Shown here in pieces: positions 39,236-53,229 of a DNA stretch of 64,000 nt. Origin of the DNA: Octopus vulgaris. Its lineage: Eukaryota. Both the position numbers and the translations under genes were made by a program. Below the pieces are notes generated by a model. That model made no database searches. It saw nothing but the letters and a program-made list of their open reading frames with translations, and was not told the DNA's origin. Within the stretch, counting starts at the first letter, position 1. Every line of letters begins with the position of its first letter. The stretch is from positions 43,152,001-43,216,000 of the forward strand of contig OX597834.1 of assembly GCA_951406725.2 (NCBI GenBank), in the 5' to 3' direction.

Positions 39236-40722
39236 TCCGGCATTTGAATTGGTAATGCAATTTAATAATCGCGTAATTTCATTATTACTAAATGCGAGAT
39301 GTGTGTGTGTATGTTTTTTCATAAGTGTACTTAACATGTGTTTCGTAATAAAATATTCATTCCATGCTAAATGATATTTCATAAATCTGTATAGTGTTTA
39401 CTGAAACATACCTCCTCTTCCCCACCCACCCGTTTTTAAGTCTGCTTTTGTCATGTCGCATTCATAGACATGCGAACACAAATAAACACACATCGTAGGC
39501 ATTAACTTTTCAATGAATTAGGTGACATGTATAGGCTTAGAATATATTATTTTCTAATGAAATATTCCAAGCCATTGAGTAAGTAATTATATATGTATAT
39601 ATGCATAAAAGCTTCGATATACCTTTTATGTATAAATATCACATGTCGATGGAATATGCTTGTATATTCATTGAAACAGAACAGGTTATGAACTCCTTTG
39701 GATAGAAATTTTGTGGCACCATTAAGTTATCAAAATGATATGATCGTGATCTTCAGATTACGAAATCCCGTGGGATTAAATGGTTTGTATATATCATCAA
39801 ATTAATTCCTATTCTCAAATTTTAGTCACTATTCTGTGCTCAGAGCAAACTATCACCACCTAGCCTCCGGGTACCTTCAGCAGAATCTCTCTGCGAACAT
39901 TCGGGTAAGTTCTTCATTTTGATGACCTCACTGGTTTTCCCATCGTAAATTTATTCGCACAGCCACTCCAAACATTCTTCCATATTCCAGGTAAATAAAA
40001 AGACTACAACTTATGTTATTGTTTTCTCCTCTCTCGAAACGTAAAGGACTTTTTCTATTCCTGAGCGTTATACTAGTACATCTGTTCCTTTTGAACACAA
40101 CCTGCCTTCGCCTTTTGTTTTTTCGTAAACTCTCCCTATATATATACAAATCACATAACATAAACAGTAATACATACACAAACGTAGGAACATATATTAA
40201 CCATAACAGGGACAGACAATGGAAGGCACGAAGAGAAACCATTGGTAGGAAATTAAGATGCATCTGATAAGACAGATGGCAATTTGAAGAGTTCGTTTCA
40301 AAAAGGGAAAGATCTGAAATCGTGTTTCCATTGGGTCGGTTGATTAGATAGCAGCAGTCATCACATTAACGCGACAACAGTATTTCCTGTGTTAACTGGT
40401 AAATATATAATTCGAGCAGTAAATACGTGATGAGTTGAAGGGAGTGAGTAAAGAATTGAGACTGCTGGACACAATAGGATAGGAGCTAGAGTAAGGAGAG
40501 GTTGACAAGATAGACACATATTATATGTATATATCTATATATACATACGAACATACTGACACACACATACTCACACTCGCACGCACACACAAACACACAA
40601 ACACACATATATGTATATACATTCATATACATGTATATATATATTTTTTTGTAGGCATACATATATATATATACATACATATATATGCATGTATATATAT
40701 ATATATATGTGTGTGTGCATTC

Positions 40723-40753
<31 letters not shown>

Positions 40754-40758
40754 CATTC

Positions 40759-40792
<34 letters not shown>

Positions 40793-40798
40793 ATACAT

Positions 40799-40831
<33 letters not shown>

Positions 40832-41003
40832 TGTATATATATATATGCTTATTCTCTCACACACAGACATGCGCACACACATATATATACGTATATATTC
40901 ATTCATTTATATATAAATATATATATGTGAGTGTATGTGTGTGTCTGTATATATATATAAATACAAACATACACACACACTGGCGTGCGCGCACACACGT
41001 GCA

Positions 41004-41042
<39 letters not shown>

Positions 41043-42074
41043 TCCAAGATACATACTTGTATAAATATATAAACGCCTGTAATTAGCCAACCTCCAGCCC
41101 AGCCATGTTTTTAGAAAACAAGACAGATCGCGAAAGACAGAATCACGCATGCGTGAGTGTCGTGAATTTGCGGGAAGGACGGTGATGTCTGAATAACAGC
41201 AACAAGCCACACTATGAGAATGAATCAATGACGTGAATTATACTTAAGATGAATGATTCCTTATTAATTGATTGCTTGAAAGTATTTCTAAGAGTCAAAC
41301 ATTAGAATTCTTTTAAAGATTAAATTGATGGCCAACTGAACAGATGAGAATAGCAGTGTTTAGGTCGGTGGGTGGTTGGTTGTGGGTAGGTTGGTATGGT
41401 AGCTGTAGTGGTGGACGTAGAGCTGGTTTTCAGTTGAAGGTCAGACATGGAAGTTCCGTGTTCGTGCATGTATGTACGCACATGTGTGTGTGTGTTTGCG
41501 TGTGGTTTTCTATCTATAAGTGTGTAAGAGTGAAGTGTGTGGGGGCCCGTGCGTGTGTGTGAGTGTGTGTGGTTGTGTGTGTGTCTGTGTGTGTGTGTGT
41601 GTGTTATCTAAGTTTCTGTTTTGATTCCGTTGCTGTCCATTGTTGTACTTCCGAAGGGAAATGCTCTTGTCTGAGAACACAACAACGTGTCGTCAAGATC
41701 AAGTGACGTGGGCAGAAGTGAGAAATTTATATCTAATAGATGAATTGATTGAGAATAATATCTTCATCTAGACACTGAGCATTCACTATGTTCGGCGCTT
41801 TACAATCCATTAAACATGTTCGATAAATAGTGGATTTAATGAAGGATTATAAACCGAGAGCACCATCAGAGAGAAAGCAGTTCGTGCAGTAAATTACTGA
41901 AGCAGACCGTCATCAAAGACTATAAAAGGAAAGTTAGCCATGTTTTATAATTACCCAGCTCTAGTTAATAACTTCTGAACTGTATCAGAGCTCGCTATCA
42001 AAATCAGTTCGAATTCACGACAACAGTCTCATAATTACTTTAATGTAAACCAAAGCAATGAAACAGAAATACAT

Positions 42075-42076
<2 letters not shown>

Positions 42077-42138
<62 letters not shown>
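42077..42138. repeat. (GA)n microsatellite
   Basis: Perfect run. Confidence 0.95.
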
Positions 42139-42140
<2 letters not shown>

Positions 42141-42432
42141 AAAGCTGCACACGCATACACCTGCTCACAAACTGATACCAATATACATACACGCTTGATC
42201 AGTATGTGTGTGTGAGTGCTTGTATATATGTTCATGTGTATCTCTGTGTATTGCTCTCTCTCTCTCTTTCTCTCATTGTGTGTGTGTGTGTTTCGTAAAG
42301 TTAATGACACGAGCTGACAGACAAACATGATTATAAAATAGTCTATTTATCTAACAATCTTTCTAGCTGCGTGTCTTTCAAATACGCATACACATATGCA
42401 TGTTAGGTGAGAGTGTCTGAGCGTTTATATGC

Positions 42433-42489
<57 letters not shown>

Positions 42490-42499
42490 GTGTGTATAT

Positions 42500-42890
42500 T
42501 AATGTGTATGAATATAATTATACATATTTATATATTTCTATAAGAATATAGCCAATCACATACATTTAAACTTATTGTATATGATCATATCGTATGCGTG
42601 TGTGTATATATATACATATATGTGTGTGTGTGTATTTATGTGTGTGAATATAATTATACATATTTATATATTTGTATAAGTATTTAACCAATCACATATG
42701 TTTAAACATATTGTATATGAGCATATTGTATGCGTGTGTGTCTATATACATATATGTGTGCGTTGTCTATATGCATATATATTTCTGTGTGTGTATATAA
42801 TTATATATATTTACATATCTGTATAGGTATATAAATCAATCAAATATATTTAAACATATCATATATGAGCATATTATATGGGTGTGCTGT
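42500..42890. repeat. Diverged ~140-bp tandem repeat x3
   Basis: ATATAATTATACATATTTATATATTT...CAATCACATA..TTTAAAC.TATTGTATATGA.CATAT recurs three times. Confidence 0.8.
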
Positions 42891-43082
42891 TATATACATA
42901 TATATGTATATTTGATTATGTGTATATTATGTGTGTGTGTGGTGTGTGTGTGTGTGTGTGTGTGTGTGTTAAGATGAATGTAGATAATAATGCGTGTAAA
43001 CATATATATAAATACATGTATAGATGAATACACGCACACACACACACTCAAAAACGCAAATATACGCACACGCACATATCTA

Positions 43083-43154
<72 letters not shown>

Positions 43155-43326
43155 AACCTTTGACTACATATTTATACACACACGCACATACGCTCGAAAC
43201 TCAAACACACATTTACACTCATTGACGAGGGCAGATAGGCATTAAATTCATATATATATATATATACACACACACATATATATACATATACTATATATAT
43301 GTAAAGACAAAGAGAGAGAGAGAGAG

Positions 43327-43510
43327 AAGGCAGATTCATTAAGACGGCGGGAAAAATGCCTAGCAGTATTTCATGTTCTGAGTTCAAATACCACTGGCGT
43401 TGACTTTTCATCCCTTCGGGGTCGATAAAATACCAGTTGATTACTGGTTTCGATGTAATCGACCTACCCTCACCCACCCCAAATTAGTTGCCTTCTACCG
43501 AATATCTGAA
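43327..43510 (+). mobile_element. SINE family A, degenerate
   Basis: GTTCTGAGTTCAAATACC...TTTCATCCCTTCGGGGTCGATAAAATACCAG. Confidence 0.75.
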
Positions 43511-43559
43511 ATCAATGTATATACGTATATATGTGTGAAACTGTTATATTTACATCTTG

Positions 43560-43805
43560 AGCTCGTGGTTTCGATTCCCAGACCAGCTGCTCGTTGTGTT
43601 CATGAGCAAGACCCTTCATTTGACATCGCTCCAGTCCACTCAACTGTACATCGGTGGTCCCGCGATGGACTAGCCTTTCAATCAGGAGTAATGTTAGCCT
43701 GCCCGCTTTGACAGAATGGTGGCGTCATTCGAATACTAAAACAATGCGAATGTGCATTGTGACCAGCGTTGTATAACAACATCCGACAGTCTGGTCGATA
43801 CCATG
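43560..43805 (+). mobile_element. SINE family D-like copy with a CCCGCGATGGACTAGC module
   Basis: GGTTTCGATTCCCAGACC, GAGCAAGACCCTT...GCTCCAGTCCACTCAACTG, then a different 3' region. Confidence 0.65.
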
Positions 43806-43839
43806 ATCCCATGATCCCTCTCTCGCTCTCTCTCTCTCC

Positions 43840-43891
<52 letters not shown>

Positions 43892-43924
43892 GTCCATCTA
43901 TCTCTCTCTCTCTGTATATATACA

Positions 43925-44018
43925 TAGTTAATCCAAACATGAGCAAAGAGAAAACACAACAGGAAAGGAAAGAAAGAAGGAGGATTTCACGTTTCGAGCG
44001 CAGCCCTTCGTCAGAAAT
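43925..44018 (-). mobile_element. Penelope-like terminal repeat fragment with hammerhead motif
   Basis: Reverse complement ATTT-CTGACGA-A-GGGC(TGC)GCTC-GAAA-CGTG-AAAT. Confidence 0.7.
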
Positions 44019-44111
44019 ACGAGGTGTGTATGAAAGGTTTTGACCCTTAAAGTCTTGTACCTTGTTTTTTTTTTAGGCTCAAGACTTATATAAATATGTG
44101 ACGCACCTGTA
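44018..44111. mobile_element. Short mariner-type MITE remnant
   Basis: TACGAGGTGTGTATGAAAGGTTTTGACCCT ... AGGCTCAAGACTT...CGCACCTGTA imperfect TIRs with TA flanks. Confidence 0.4.
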
Positions 44112-44380
44112 TGTATGTGTGTGTGTGTATGTTTCTTATGTCAATATTAGCTCCGTTCTTTCCTTCATAATATTGTGGCATTGTGGGGTCAAGTAACATG
44201 CTAAGGTTTTTTAGTTGCGAAGACATTAATAGACACTCGCTTAGAGTTTCAAACTTTTGGATCAATCGACATAATGGCGGTTGATCCTTCTCAATCCTGA
44301 CCTTTCTTTCTTCTGAAAAACCTATCTTAAGAATGAAAGAAAAGTCAGGTCGAAATCGATTGTAATATTTGACGGGTCTG

Positions 44381-44603
44381 AAGGCGGCGCGCTGGCAGAA
44401 TTGGTCAGCAAACCGGACGAAATGCTTTGCGGCATTTTGTCCGTCTTTACGTTCTGACTTCAGATGCCGCCGGAGTCAGTTTTGCCGTTCTATATTTCGG
44501 GGTCGATAAAATAATTACCAGTTGAACACTGGTGTCGATGAGGACGACCAGTTCCCCATAGCCTCTCAACAAACTTGCTGGCCTTGTGCCAAAATTTGAA
44601 ACC
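44381..44603 (+). mobile_element. Full-length SINE family A with 17-bp TSD
   Basis: AATATTTGACGGGTCTG at 44364-44380 and 44604-44620 flanks AAGGCGGCGCGCTGGCAGAA...GTGCCAAAATTTGAAACC. Confidence 0.9.
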
Positions 44604-45229
44604 AATATTTGACGGGTCTGTTAATTATCAAGGAGTAATGTTAAAATATAATCTACCGCTCGTAAGTATTCGAAAGCGACGCAATGTCAACTGGAGCGCA
44701 CAGCATAACGCCTTCTATGCGACGTTGTAACGACTCGGACAATTCATCACTTTATTAATATAATGCAACACTAATGTATTAGCATATTTATATTATTATT
44801 CGACTAATAATATCTTCTGTTTCCAGTCTTTATAATCATGATATTATTTACAATATTATGTCTGTTCGTAATTGATTTATTGAAAATAGATTTATCAAAC
44901 GGTTTTGCAGAATTTATGATCTATTTCTAATAATCTAATAGCATTGCCATTGATCTCGGTTATTAATTAAACAATATTTGATTACTGGATAACTTAAGAG
45001 ATAGCGAGACTGAGAGAGAGAGAGAGAGAGAAGGAGAGAGAGTGTGTGTGTGTGTGAGAGAGAGCCATGATGTGCTTGCCTGATTTGCTAGAAATACCAA
45101 TCAATTCCTACTCTTGTCGTAAACGAGGACACATTGTATTCTAACGACATTTATTATGTTAACAATTTTATTAACTTATCTTCATTAATCAAGAGGTTTT
45201 ATGCACAACTATGTGAATATATGATATAT

Positions 45230-45398
45230 AGGAGTGGGTGTGTGGTAATTAGCTTGCTTACGAACCACCACATGGTTCCGGGTTCAGTCCCACTGCGTGT
45301 CACCTTGGGCAAGTGTTTTCTACTATAGCCTCGGGCTGACCAAAGCCTTGTGAGGGGATTTGGAAGAGGGAAACTGAAAGAAGCCTGTCGTATATATG

Positions 45399-45441
<43 letters not shown>

Positions 45442-45500
45442 TTGTGTGTGTGTGTTGTGTGTGTGTGTGTGTACATCTGTGTATCTGTATTTGTCCTCCA
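45230..45500 (+). mobile_element. SINE family B head and body plus TG tract
   Basis: Close match to 16524-16730. Confidence 0.9.
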
Positions 45501-45559
45501 CTTGAACAAGGGAAGGCAATCGTCCTTAAGTAAATATCATACTTATAATACACTTCTGA

Positions 45560-45700
45560 ATTTAAGAGATGAGGAATTATGTACATTATTTACATTAGAC
45601 GGATATTTGCTCTCATTTTGTTTGTTGTTAACACAACGTTTTGGCATCAGGTGTCTTGTGGAAATTTCGAACCTAGACGAGGACAAATACCCGTCAAATA
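45560..45700. mobile_element. Probable Penelope-like terminal fragment with inverted end and a deleted hammerhead relic
   Basis: GACGGATATTTGCTCTC versus inverted GAGGACAAATACCCGTC; minus strand CCTGATG-CCAAAACGTT resembles a hammerhead core lacking stem II. Confidence 0.35.
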
Positions 45701-45739
45701 TTCATGCTTTTGACGGTGAGCCATTTATTACACAGTTTA

Positions 45740-46059
45740 CTGGGGGACCTCGATTTATGAGTGCTTCCCATAAAGAATGAACAAATCGGTTTACGAACAA
45801 TTTTTTGAACGTAAAACGTCTCGGGTGACAGACTGTGTCTCTAGTAACGAACATGCAAGCCAGTAACAACAGTTGGCGACAAGCTAGGATTGCTTGCGCG
45901 TCTGTTACTGTCTAGATTCCGTTCTGTGTAGATCCTTGCGCGAATTTGCCATGCCTTCTCTTAAATTTGTATGGTAAAAATAGCTTCAGTTTACGAACAT
46001 TTCGGGTGTCAAACGGCCTTCAGATTCGAATTACATTCGCAAATCGAGGGCATGCTTTA
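45740..46059. mobile_element. pogo/Tigger-like MITE
   Basis: Left CTGGGGGACCTCGATTTATGA, right TTCGCAAATCGAGG; internal repeated GTTTACGAACA motifs as in Tigger-like subterminal repeats. Confidence 0.6.
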
Positions 46060-46879
46060 TGCAGAACACAGAGTGAAGGAGAAATACTGAGTTTTAGTTC
46101 CATATTAAAAATCCGAACCGGAAAAGGAAATTATAACAACGTGAACATATTTTCTTTCAATATTATGGAGGAAATCTGACAAACCTTTTCGTCGCTTGTT
46201 CATCTCTTCTGAAAGAAGTCGTACCTCTATTTGGTTATTCTCATCTAGAAAATAAAACGGAAAGTTGAGAATTTGTTATAGAGACATACTGATAAGAACG
46301 TTATAAACAAGTTATGCACAGGAATAAATACGTTGGAGCAAGCTGGCAACTCAATGAATTCACCATTTCCGACTTGACTGTCAGCAAATGATATTTCCTA
46401 AGTGAAATGTCACTAAGTAATATGTTCTCGCCTCAATTTAATATCAGATGCATTTATATAATCCAATGATATCGATGGTTTTATAAAATGCTATACCCAT
46501 GTCTCCATGCTCCATATTTCTAATGGGTAATCATATTTAATACATTTTACATATATTTATTTATCGCTTTCCTTCTAATAGATTTCGATATCTAAATTGA
46601 AGTGTGCGAGTTTAAAACTAATATCACTTAAACAGCAATATGGAAGCAGTGCACAATAATGATTACGAGATAGCGATGGAAGAGCTATTTTTCTGTGGTG
46701 TGTTAAGCGCCAATATGATGTTACTAATCCAGAGCTGTTATACGCTTGCAGCAAACTGCAATATTAATATCGGATGCACACATACATAGACACTAATATC
46801 TACTTGTGTCTATCTGTGTGTCACATCCGTCTTAAATGTGTGCGAACACATGCTCATGAATAAGTCTGCAAATATGTAT

Positions 46880-46965
<86 letters not shown>

Positions 46966-47155
46966 GCATTTATATATACATATACATTTATGTGAGTATG
47001 TATATGAATATAAGTGTGTGTATATATATACATACATATATATATGCATATATATATACATACATATATATATATATATGTATATATATGCATATATGTA
47101 TATATACACACACACACACATATATATATATGTATGTATATACATACACACACAT

Positions 47156-47211
<56 letters not shown>

Positions 47212-47409
47212 AGTCTTGTTTCGGCATCGTTTGTCATCTTTTGGCATTGTTTCACTGGTTTGTTTATATAAGCTTTAAATTACTTACAGTAGCCATTTCA
47301 TTCTTTCAGTTGAAGTCAGATGGCATGTTACGATATTACTGCGTTGAAGGAACATGGTCGTATCTCTACTGGCAAAGACGTTGTATAATGAATATCAAAT
47401 TTATGTCAA

Positions 47410-48473
47410 TCGCGATCTGTTTCGTTTACTTTAATATTTTTAATGTTGTGTGGACGCCCCCAGACGATGAAGTAGACTAGCCCAATACGAAAATCTAGCG
47501 GGAGAAGCCTAGACGCTGGACGTGTCGAGCACAGCGGAGATAACATCGACCCATTAGGAATAAGGGAGGAATTCAAAGAATTGCCACCAGTAGTGGATTT
47601 AGTAGAAATCGAACCACTAATGAAATATTACTAAAAAATAAGTATGTCAAAGCGACAGGAAAAAAGAAACGAAAAAGAAAGAGGAGGGACAAAAAAACAG
47701 AAAAAAGAAAGAGTAATTGTTTTATGTTATGTTTAATAATATCGGAAAATAGAAGAACATTTTTAGAGAACGTATATAACGGTTCAAATAACTGTAATGG
47801 TAGACGATAATTGATTGTTAGTTAACTATATGATAAAAACGGACAGTTTAAAAAGATTAATGGTAATGCATGTGATGAGGGGCGCATGCAGCCACTCATA
47901 ACCCCATTGTTGTATAACCATCTCATCATATCCGTTCTACGTATTGTCCCCTCTGTGGTGTCCTGTCTGTTCTTGTTTGTCCCCCTCTATGTTTGGGCCC
48001 TCGTGGCTAATAAAGAAACCGAGAGAACAGAAAGGCCAAAATAACGGGCAAAAATTAAAGGGAACGGTGTATGGTATTGCGTAACCTACCCGAAGAATAT
48101 TGAAACAGAGAAGAAAATACTCAAGTTCAACCAAATAGTAAGAGTAAGGTTACCAGCATACATATATGCAGAGGACATGAAGGCGATAGTAATTGAAGAG
48201 CAAAGTTATAAAAGACTACAAGAAATGTGTGGAGATAACATCGACCCATAACGGTGGAATTCAAAGAATTGCCGCCAGTAGTGGATTTAATAGATATCGA
48301 ACCACTAATGAAATATCACTAAAAGTAAATAAGTATGTCAAAGCGACAGGAAAAAAGAAAAGAAAAATAAAAAGGAGGGAAAAAAAGGAAAAAGAAAGAG
48401 TAAGTGTCCTGTCTGTCCTTGTTTGCCCCCCTCTATGTTTGGGCCCTTGTGGCTAATAAAGAAACAGAGTAAG
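47410..48473 (+). mobile_element. Degenerate tandem non-LTR (possibly L1/Tx1-like) remnants with polyA-signal tails
   Basis: 47536-47700 duplicated at 48231-48400; tail GTGTCCTGTCTGT..TTGTTTG.CCCCCTCTATGTTTGGGCCC..GTGGCTAATAAAGAAAC at 47958-48019 and 48404-48465; clade call is weak. Confidence 0.45.
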
Positions 48474-48839
48474 AGAGGAGTCAAGATGAGTAGAAGGCAT
48501 CCGAACCTGTGACATAACAATTTAGTAATAGTTTTACTTTTAATATGAGTCTTAGCACTGAGGTCTTACTCTGTGTCTGGTTTCGTATTCACAGATATCT
48601 CTAGTTAAAAAAACAATTGTTCAAGAATTATTTTCGCAATCGATTTCTAATACGTGCATACATACACAATGACATCCGTGGGGCACTTGTTGATGAAGGT
48701 ATGCTGGATGGCTGGTATCGCTGTTTCTGTATATGTGGAATAGTATTATTGGACTGTTGCTATGGCTTTGGAATAATATTATAACACATCCTTTTGATAC
48801 ATACACATATACATACATACATGCATACATACATACAGC

Positions 48840-49050
48840 AAGGTGTAACTACCCATGTGCCGTGAGTGACATATTTTCCTTCTTTGGAATTTTCCCTTTC
48901 TTCTATTCGATGAAGAGCTATGCTCGAAACATCAAACTCTCTTCTTTCACCAAGCGCCAAGCTAATTCATTTCTTGTACCCGTCATCAGGTTAGTTGGTT
49001 TCGTTATTTATTTGTTTTTTTTTTATTTGTCTGTTTATTTGAAATAACCA
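48840..49050 (+). mobile_element. Penelope-like terminal repeat with degenerate hammerhead
   Basis: TCGATGA-A-GAGC(TAT)GCTC-GAAA-CATC-AAAC at 48903-48937; flanks similar to 4660-4875. Confidence 0.65.
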
Positions 49051-49265
49051 CATACATGCATTCACAAGTGCACACAAATGCGTGTATATATAAGCATGCG
49101 AATACATACATACATACATACATTCACAAGTGCACATAAATGAGTGTATATATAAGTATGCGAATACATACATACGTACATACATACATACATTCACAAG
49201 TGCACACAAATGCGTGTATAGATAAGTATGCGAATACATACATACATATATACATACATACATAC
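49050..49265. repeat. ~65-bp tandem repeat x3
   Basis: CATTCACAAGTGCACA.AAATG.GTGTATA.ATAAG.ATGCGAATACATAC repeated. Confidence 0.9.
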
Positions 49266-49418
49266 TTACACCCACACGCACACACACACACATTTATATT
49301 CCTACCTGTATACTTGTATAAATGTTAGATTGTATAAATTTATCAGCAACAAACTACATAATCCTGTCAATTAATTCTTTTTTCAATGGCGTAAAATCCC
49401 AAATATGTATTTTGCATC

Positions 49419-49463
<45 letters not shown>

Positions 49464-49826
49464 GTGTGCGTGTATGTGTGTGTATGTACGTGTGTTTGTG
49501 TATATGTGAGTGTGCGTAATTGAGTGTTGTGTGTCAATTGTGTACGTGTATTTTTGTATATGCCGGATTAAAAGCCGCCGCTAAATATGATTTCTTAGAT
49601 TAAGTCCATTGATGTGTCGTTACTACGTGCAGCAGTATCTCGAAGTGAGACAGCATTGTTGACAGGTTTTACTCACTGTATTATGTTTGCAGGCATTCAC
49701 CTAAGAAATACAAAACTGCTTCTATTTTCAGAAGCAATGGAGATTAACAAAATAATCTCCACAGCTTCAGCGTCTTCGCACAAATACCCGTTGTATTATG
49801 CCTGTATACGTCTACAATATATATGG

Positions 49827-49849
<23 letters not shown>

Positions 49850-49857
<8 letters not shown>

Positions 49858-49985
49858 CTCTCCCTTTTCTTTCATTCTCTCTCCGTGTTCATTCTGAATC
49901 CTTTCTGTCGAAGAGTGAAACGTAAAAGCCGTTTCCTTTCTTGATGAGAGTTAAACTAATACACCTACATGTTTTCTTTAAATCT
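49850..49985 (+). mobile_element. Penelope-like terminal repeat fragment, hammerhead stem II collapsed
   Basis: CTTT-CTGTCGA-AGAGT-GAAA-CGTA-AAAG, then TGAG...CTAATACAC as in the other copies. Confidence 0.55.
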
Positions 49986-50068
49986 GAATTATGTGTATAT
50001 ATATATATACATATACATACATACATACATACATAGTCCATACAAATGGTCCAGTGGTGGTCTGCGCT

Positions 50069-50261
50069 CGGACATGCTGGAGCACCGCCTTTACTCGAGC
50101 AAATCGACCCCAGGACTTATTCTTTGTAAGTCTAGTACTTATTCTTACGGTCTTTTTCGCCGAACCGCCAAGGTACTGGGATGTAAACACACCAGCATCG
50201 GTTGTCAAGCGATGTTGGGTGGGGGGTGACAAACACAGACACACAAGCATATACACACATA

Positions 50262-50301
<40 letters not shown>

Positions 50302-50460
50302 TACGACGGGCTTCTTTCAGTTTTCGTCTACCAAATCCACTCAAGGCTTTGGTCGACCCGAGGCTATAGTAAAAAAAACATGCCCAATGTGCTACGCAGT
50401 GGGAATGAACCCAGAACCATGTGGTTGGTAAGCAAACTACTTACCACAGAGCCACTCCAG
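50069..50460 (-). mobile_element. SINE family B, near full length
   Basis: Reverse complement of 16524-16880. Confidence 0.9.
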
Positions 50461-51045
50461 CACATAATTTCTTTTTTTTTTTCAGATAATGCTAAATGCA
50501 TCTATAAATGGCTGGAGAGTGCTGCTCTTAGTATCAGTAATAACTACCGAACAGATGTATGCTAGAATAACTGAAAAGGTGGTTGGTGTTCCTATTGCTG
50601 TGAGACCTAGTGACGCTGGCAAGTTAAACTACAGAGGCTAAGAGGAAATTTGTAATCTCATGAAAGAGAGTAATTTGTGTTCTCATCAGATTTTTTAACT
50701 GCGAGTGAGAAAAGGACTTTTTAGTGAAAAATACGCTCAGGAGAACATACATTAGACAATAGGGGGCTAGAAGGCCTCATCATAGACCAATCAACGATAG
50801 GCAAATTTACTTTTTTGCATTATACTTCGTATTATTTAACAATGAACCCTATCCGAGTCTGTTATTCAGAGAAGTTTTCGTGTTCATTAAGCAGGACTCA
50901 TTGGTGTGGAAAAAGTATTAAGGTCACGGAGCGAATGCATTTCAACACGGTTAGGTGACATCAATATGGTTGACATGCTACTGAATATAACATCAATATC
51001 AATGTGGCAGGATGGATGTGTACATACATATATACATATGTCTGC

Positions 51046-51103
<58 letters not shown>

Positions 51104-51289
51104 CTGTCTGTCTATCTATCTATCTATTTATCTCTCTATCTCTCTATATATATAACAGAGAGAGAGGAGGAGAGTGAGTAAGTTGCTTGACATTCTGAGG
51201 TCGATACAATATGTATCGGATTGGATAATCATCGACCTCAACCACCAGGCGGTGCTTCCGCATGATCACACACCAATGACTGTGTATCG

Positions 51290-51570
51290 AGCAAATGTAA
51301 ATATTTACCCATGGTAATATAGATATAAATATTGCTCTTTGATAATATAAATATAAATATGCGTGTTAGATAATGTAAATACAAATATTGGTCCGTGATA
51401 ATATCAAAATATTGGTCTCCAAAGTTATAAATATAAAAATTGGTCTCTTGAAATATAAATAAAATCTATTGGCCTCTGCTGATATATATACAAATACAAA
51501 TATTGATCTCTAAAATTATAAATATAAATAATGGTCTGTGGAAATATAAATAAAATCATTCGCCTTTGCA
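51290..51570. repeat. Degenerate AT-rich minisatellite
   Basis: ATAAATATAAATATTGGTCTC-like unit recurring about 7 times. Confidence 0.7.
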
Positions 51571-51983
51571 TATATAGATATCGATATCGATATCTGAAAA
51601 ACGATTGCTAGCATACTTGCCTCTGAAACTTCCATTTATCTACTACTAAAAATACGCAACAAAATATTAAGCACACATATATGCTTTTTTTTTTAGAAAT
51701 GTTTATTTTTTTTAGTTTTTGTTTGATTGTTTGACTGCCTTACTTTTCAACGAATTGGAAGTTAATGGGAAGTTAAATTATTTCATTTGGAGACGAAGCT
51801 GCTTTGTGTATTAGGACTAAGGAACGGTGGCGTAAGTGAACCAACACCGGTTGTCAAGCGGTGATAAGACAAATACTGACACAAACACACACGCACACTC
51901 ACACACATACATACATATATATAATATTATATATACATATGTATATACATACATGCATATATATATATACATACATATACATA

Positions 51984-52168
51984 TATTCTTTTGTTTCGGT
52001 CATTTGAGTGCGGTCAAGGTGGAGCACCCCCTTTAGTCGAGTAAATCGACCCAGGAGTTATTCTTTGTAAGCTTGTTACTTATTCTATCGTTCCCTTTTG
52101 CTGAACCGCTAAGTTACGGAGACTTAAACACACGAGCATCGGTTGCCAAGAAATGTTGGACAAACACA

Positions 52169-52208
<40 letters not shown>

Positions 52209-52342
52209 ACGACATTGTATTCAGTTTCCGCCTACCTAATCCACTCACAAGGCTTTGGTCGGCCCGAGGCTATAGCAGAAGACACTTGAACCCTGAACCA
52301 TGTGGCTGGTAAGCAAGCTACTTACGACACAGCCACTCCTGC
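51984..52342 (-). mobile_element. SINE family B
   Basis: Tail, (CA)n and head, all reverse complement of the family consensus. Confidence 0.85.
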
Positions 52343-52604
52343 GACTATAATATATATATACATAATATATACCAAATCTATTTACAAGGCCTAAGGCTAT
52401 CGTGGGCACAAGGCTATCGTAGAAGACGCATGACACGCACAAGGAGTGAATCTGGAACATTGTGCTTGGGAAGAAAACTTCAAGAAAAATATTTTGTTTA
52501 TATAGAAAATCACCAATAAAAATCTATATTTGATGTATGAACACGAAATGCCTATGTTCCACACACACGAGGAAGTACATTACCAAATGCATACCACTCA
52601 TATA

Positions 52605-52990
52605 GTGGAGGCGCAGTGGCCCAGTGGTTAGCGCAGCGGACTCGCGGTCGTAGGATTGCGGTTTCGATTCCCAGACCAGGCGTTGTGAGTGTTTATTGAG
52701 CGAAAACACCTAAAAGCTCCACGAGGCTCCGGCAGGGAGTGGTGGTGATCCCTGATGTACTCTTTCACCACAACTTTCTCTCACTCTTACTTCCTGTTTC
52801 TGTTGTACCTTGTATTTCAAAGGGCTGGCCTTGTCACTCTCTGTGTCACGCTGAATATCCCCGAGAACTAAGTTAAGGGTACACGTGTCTGTGGAGTGCT
52901 CAGCCACTTACACGTTAATTTCACGTGCAGGCTGTTCCGTTGATTCGGATCAACCGGAATCCTCGTCGTCGTAACCGACGGAGTGCTTCC
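52605..52990 (+). mobile_element. SINE family C, full length (tRNA-Arg-like head)
   Basis: GGAGGCGCAGTGGCCCAGTGGTTAGCGCAGCGGACTCGCGGTCG...GGTTTCGATTCCC; tail homologous to the family D copies. Confidence 0.9.
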
Positions 52991-53229
52991 ATCCACAGCT
53001 CACATAAAGAGAACTTGGCTGTATTCAGGGAGAGGGCTTATTGCCATTCTTCCCATTTGAAACGGAACTTTTCATACATTATGTCGAGATGTCTCCCTAT
53101 AATTTCAAATAATAATTCATTGAAAATTGAAAATGCTTCCTCGATGTGTATTTTGTGTTTTGGGAGAAATGAGATGACGATCTCGAAAATATCCTATAAC
53201 ATTCTGAACTTCTTTCATGTGTCTATGAT

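Noticed and set aside
39825-39904. Possible plus-strand exon ending CGG|GTAAGT
   Set aside because: Two open frames, neither recognisable; it could not be linked to other exons.
52605-52680. tRNA-Arg-like sequence as a real tRNA gene
   Set aside because: It runs directly into a SINE body and tail found in other copies.
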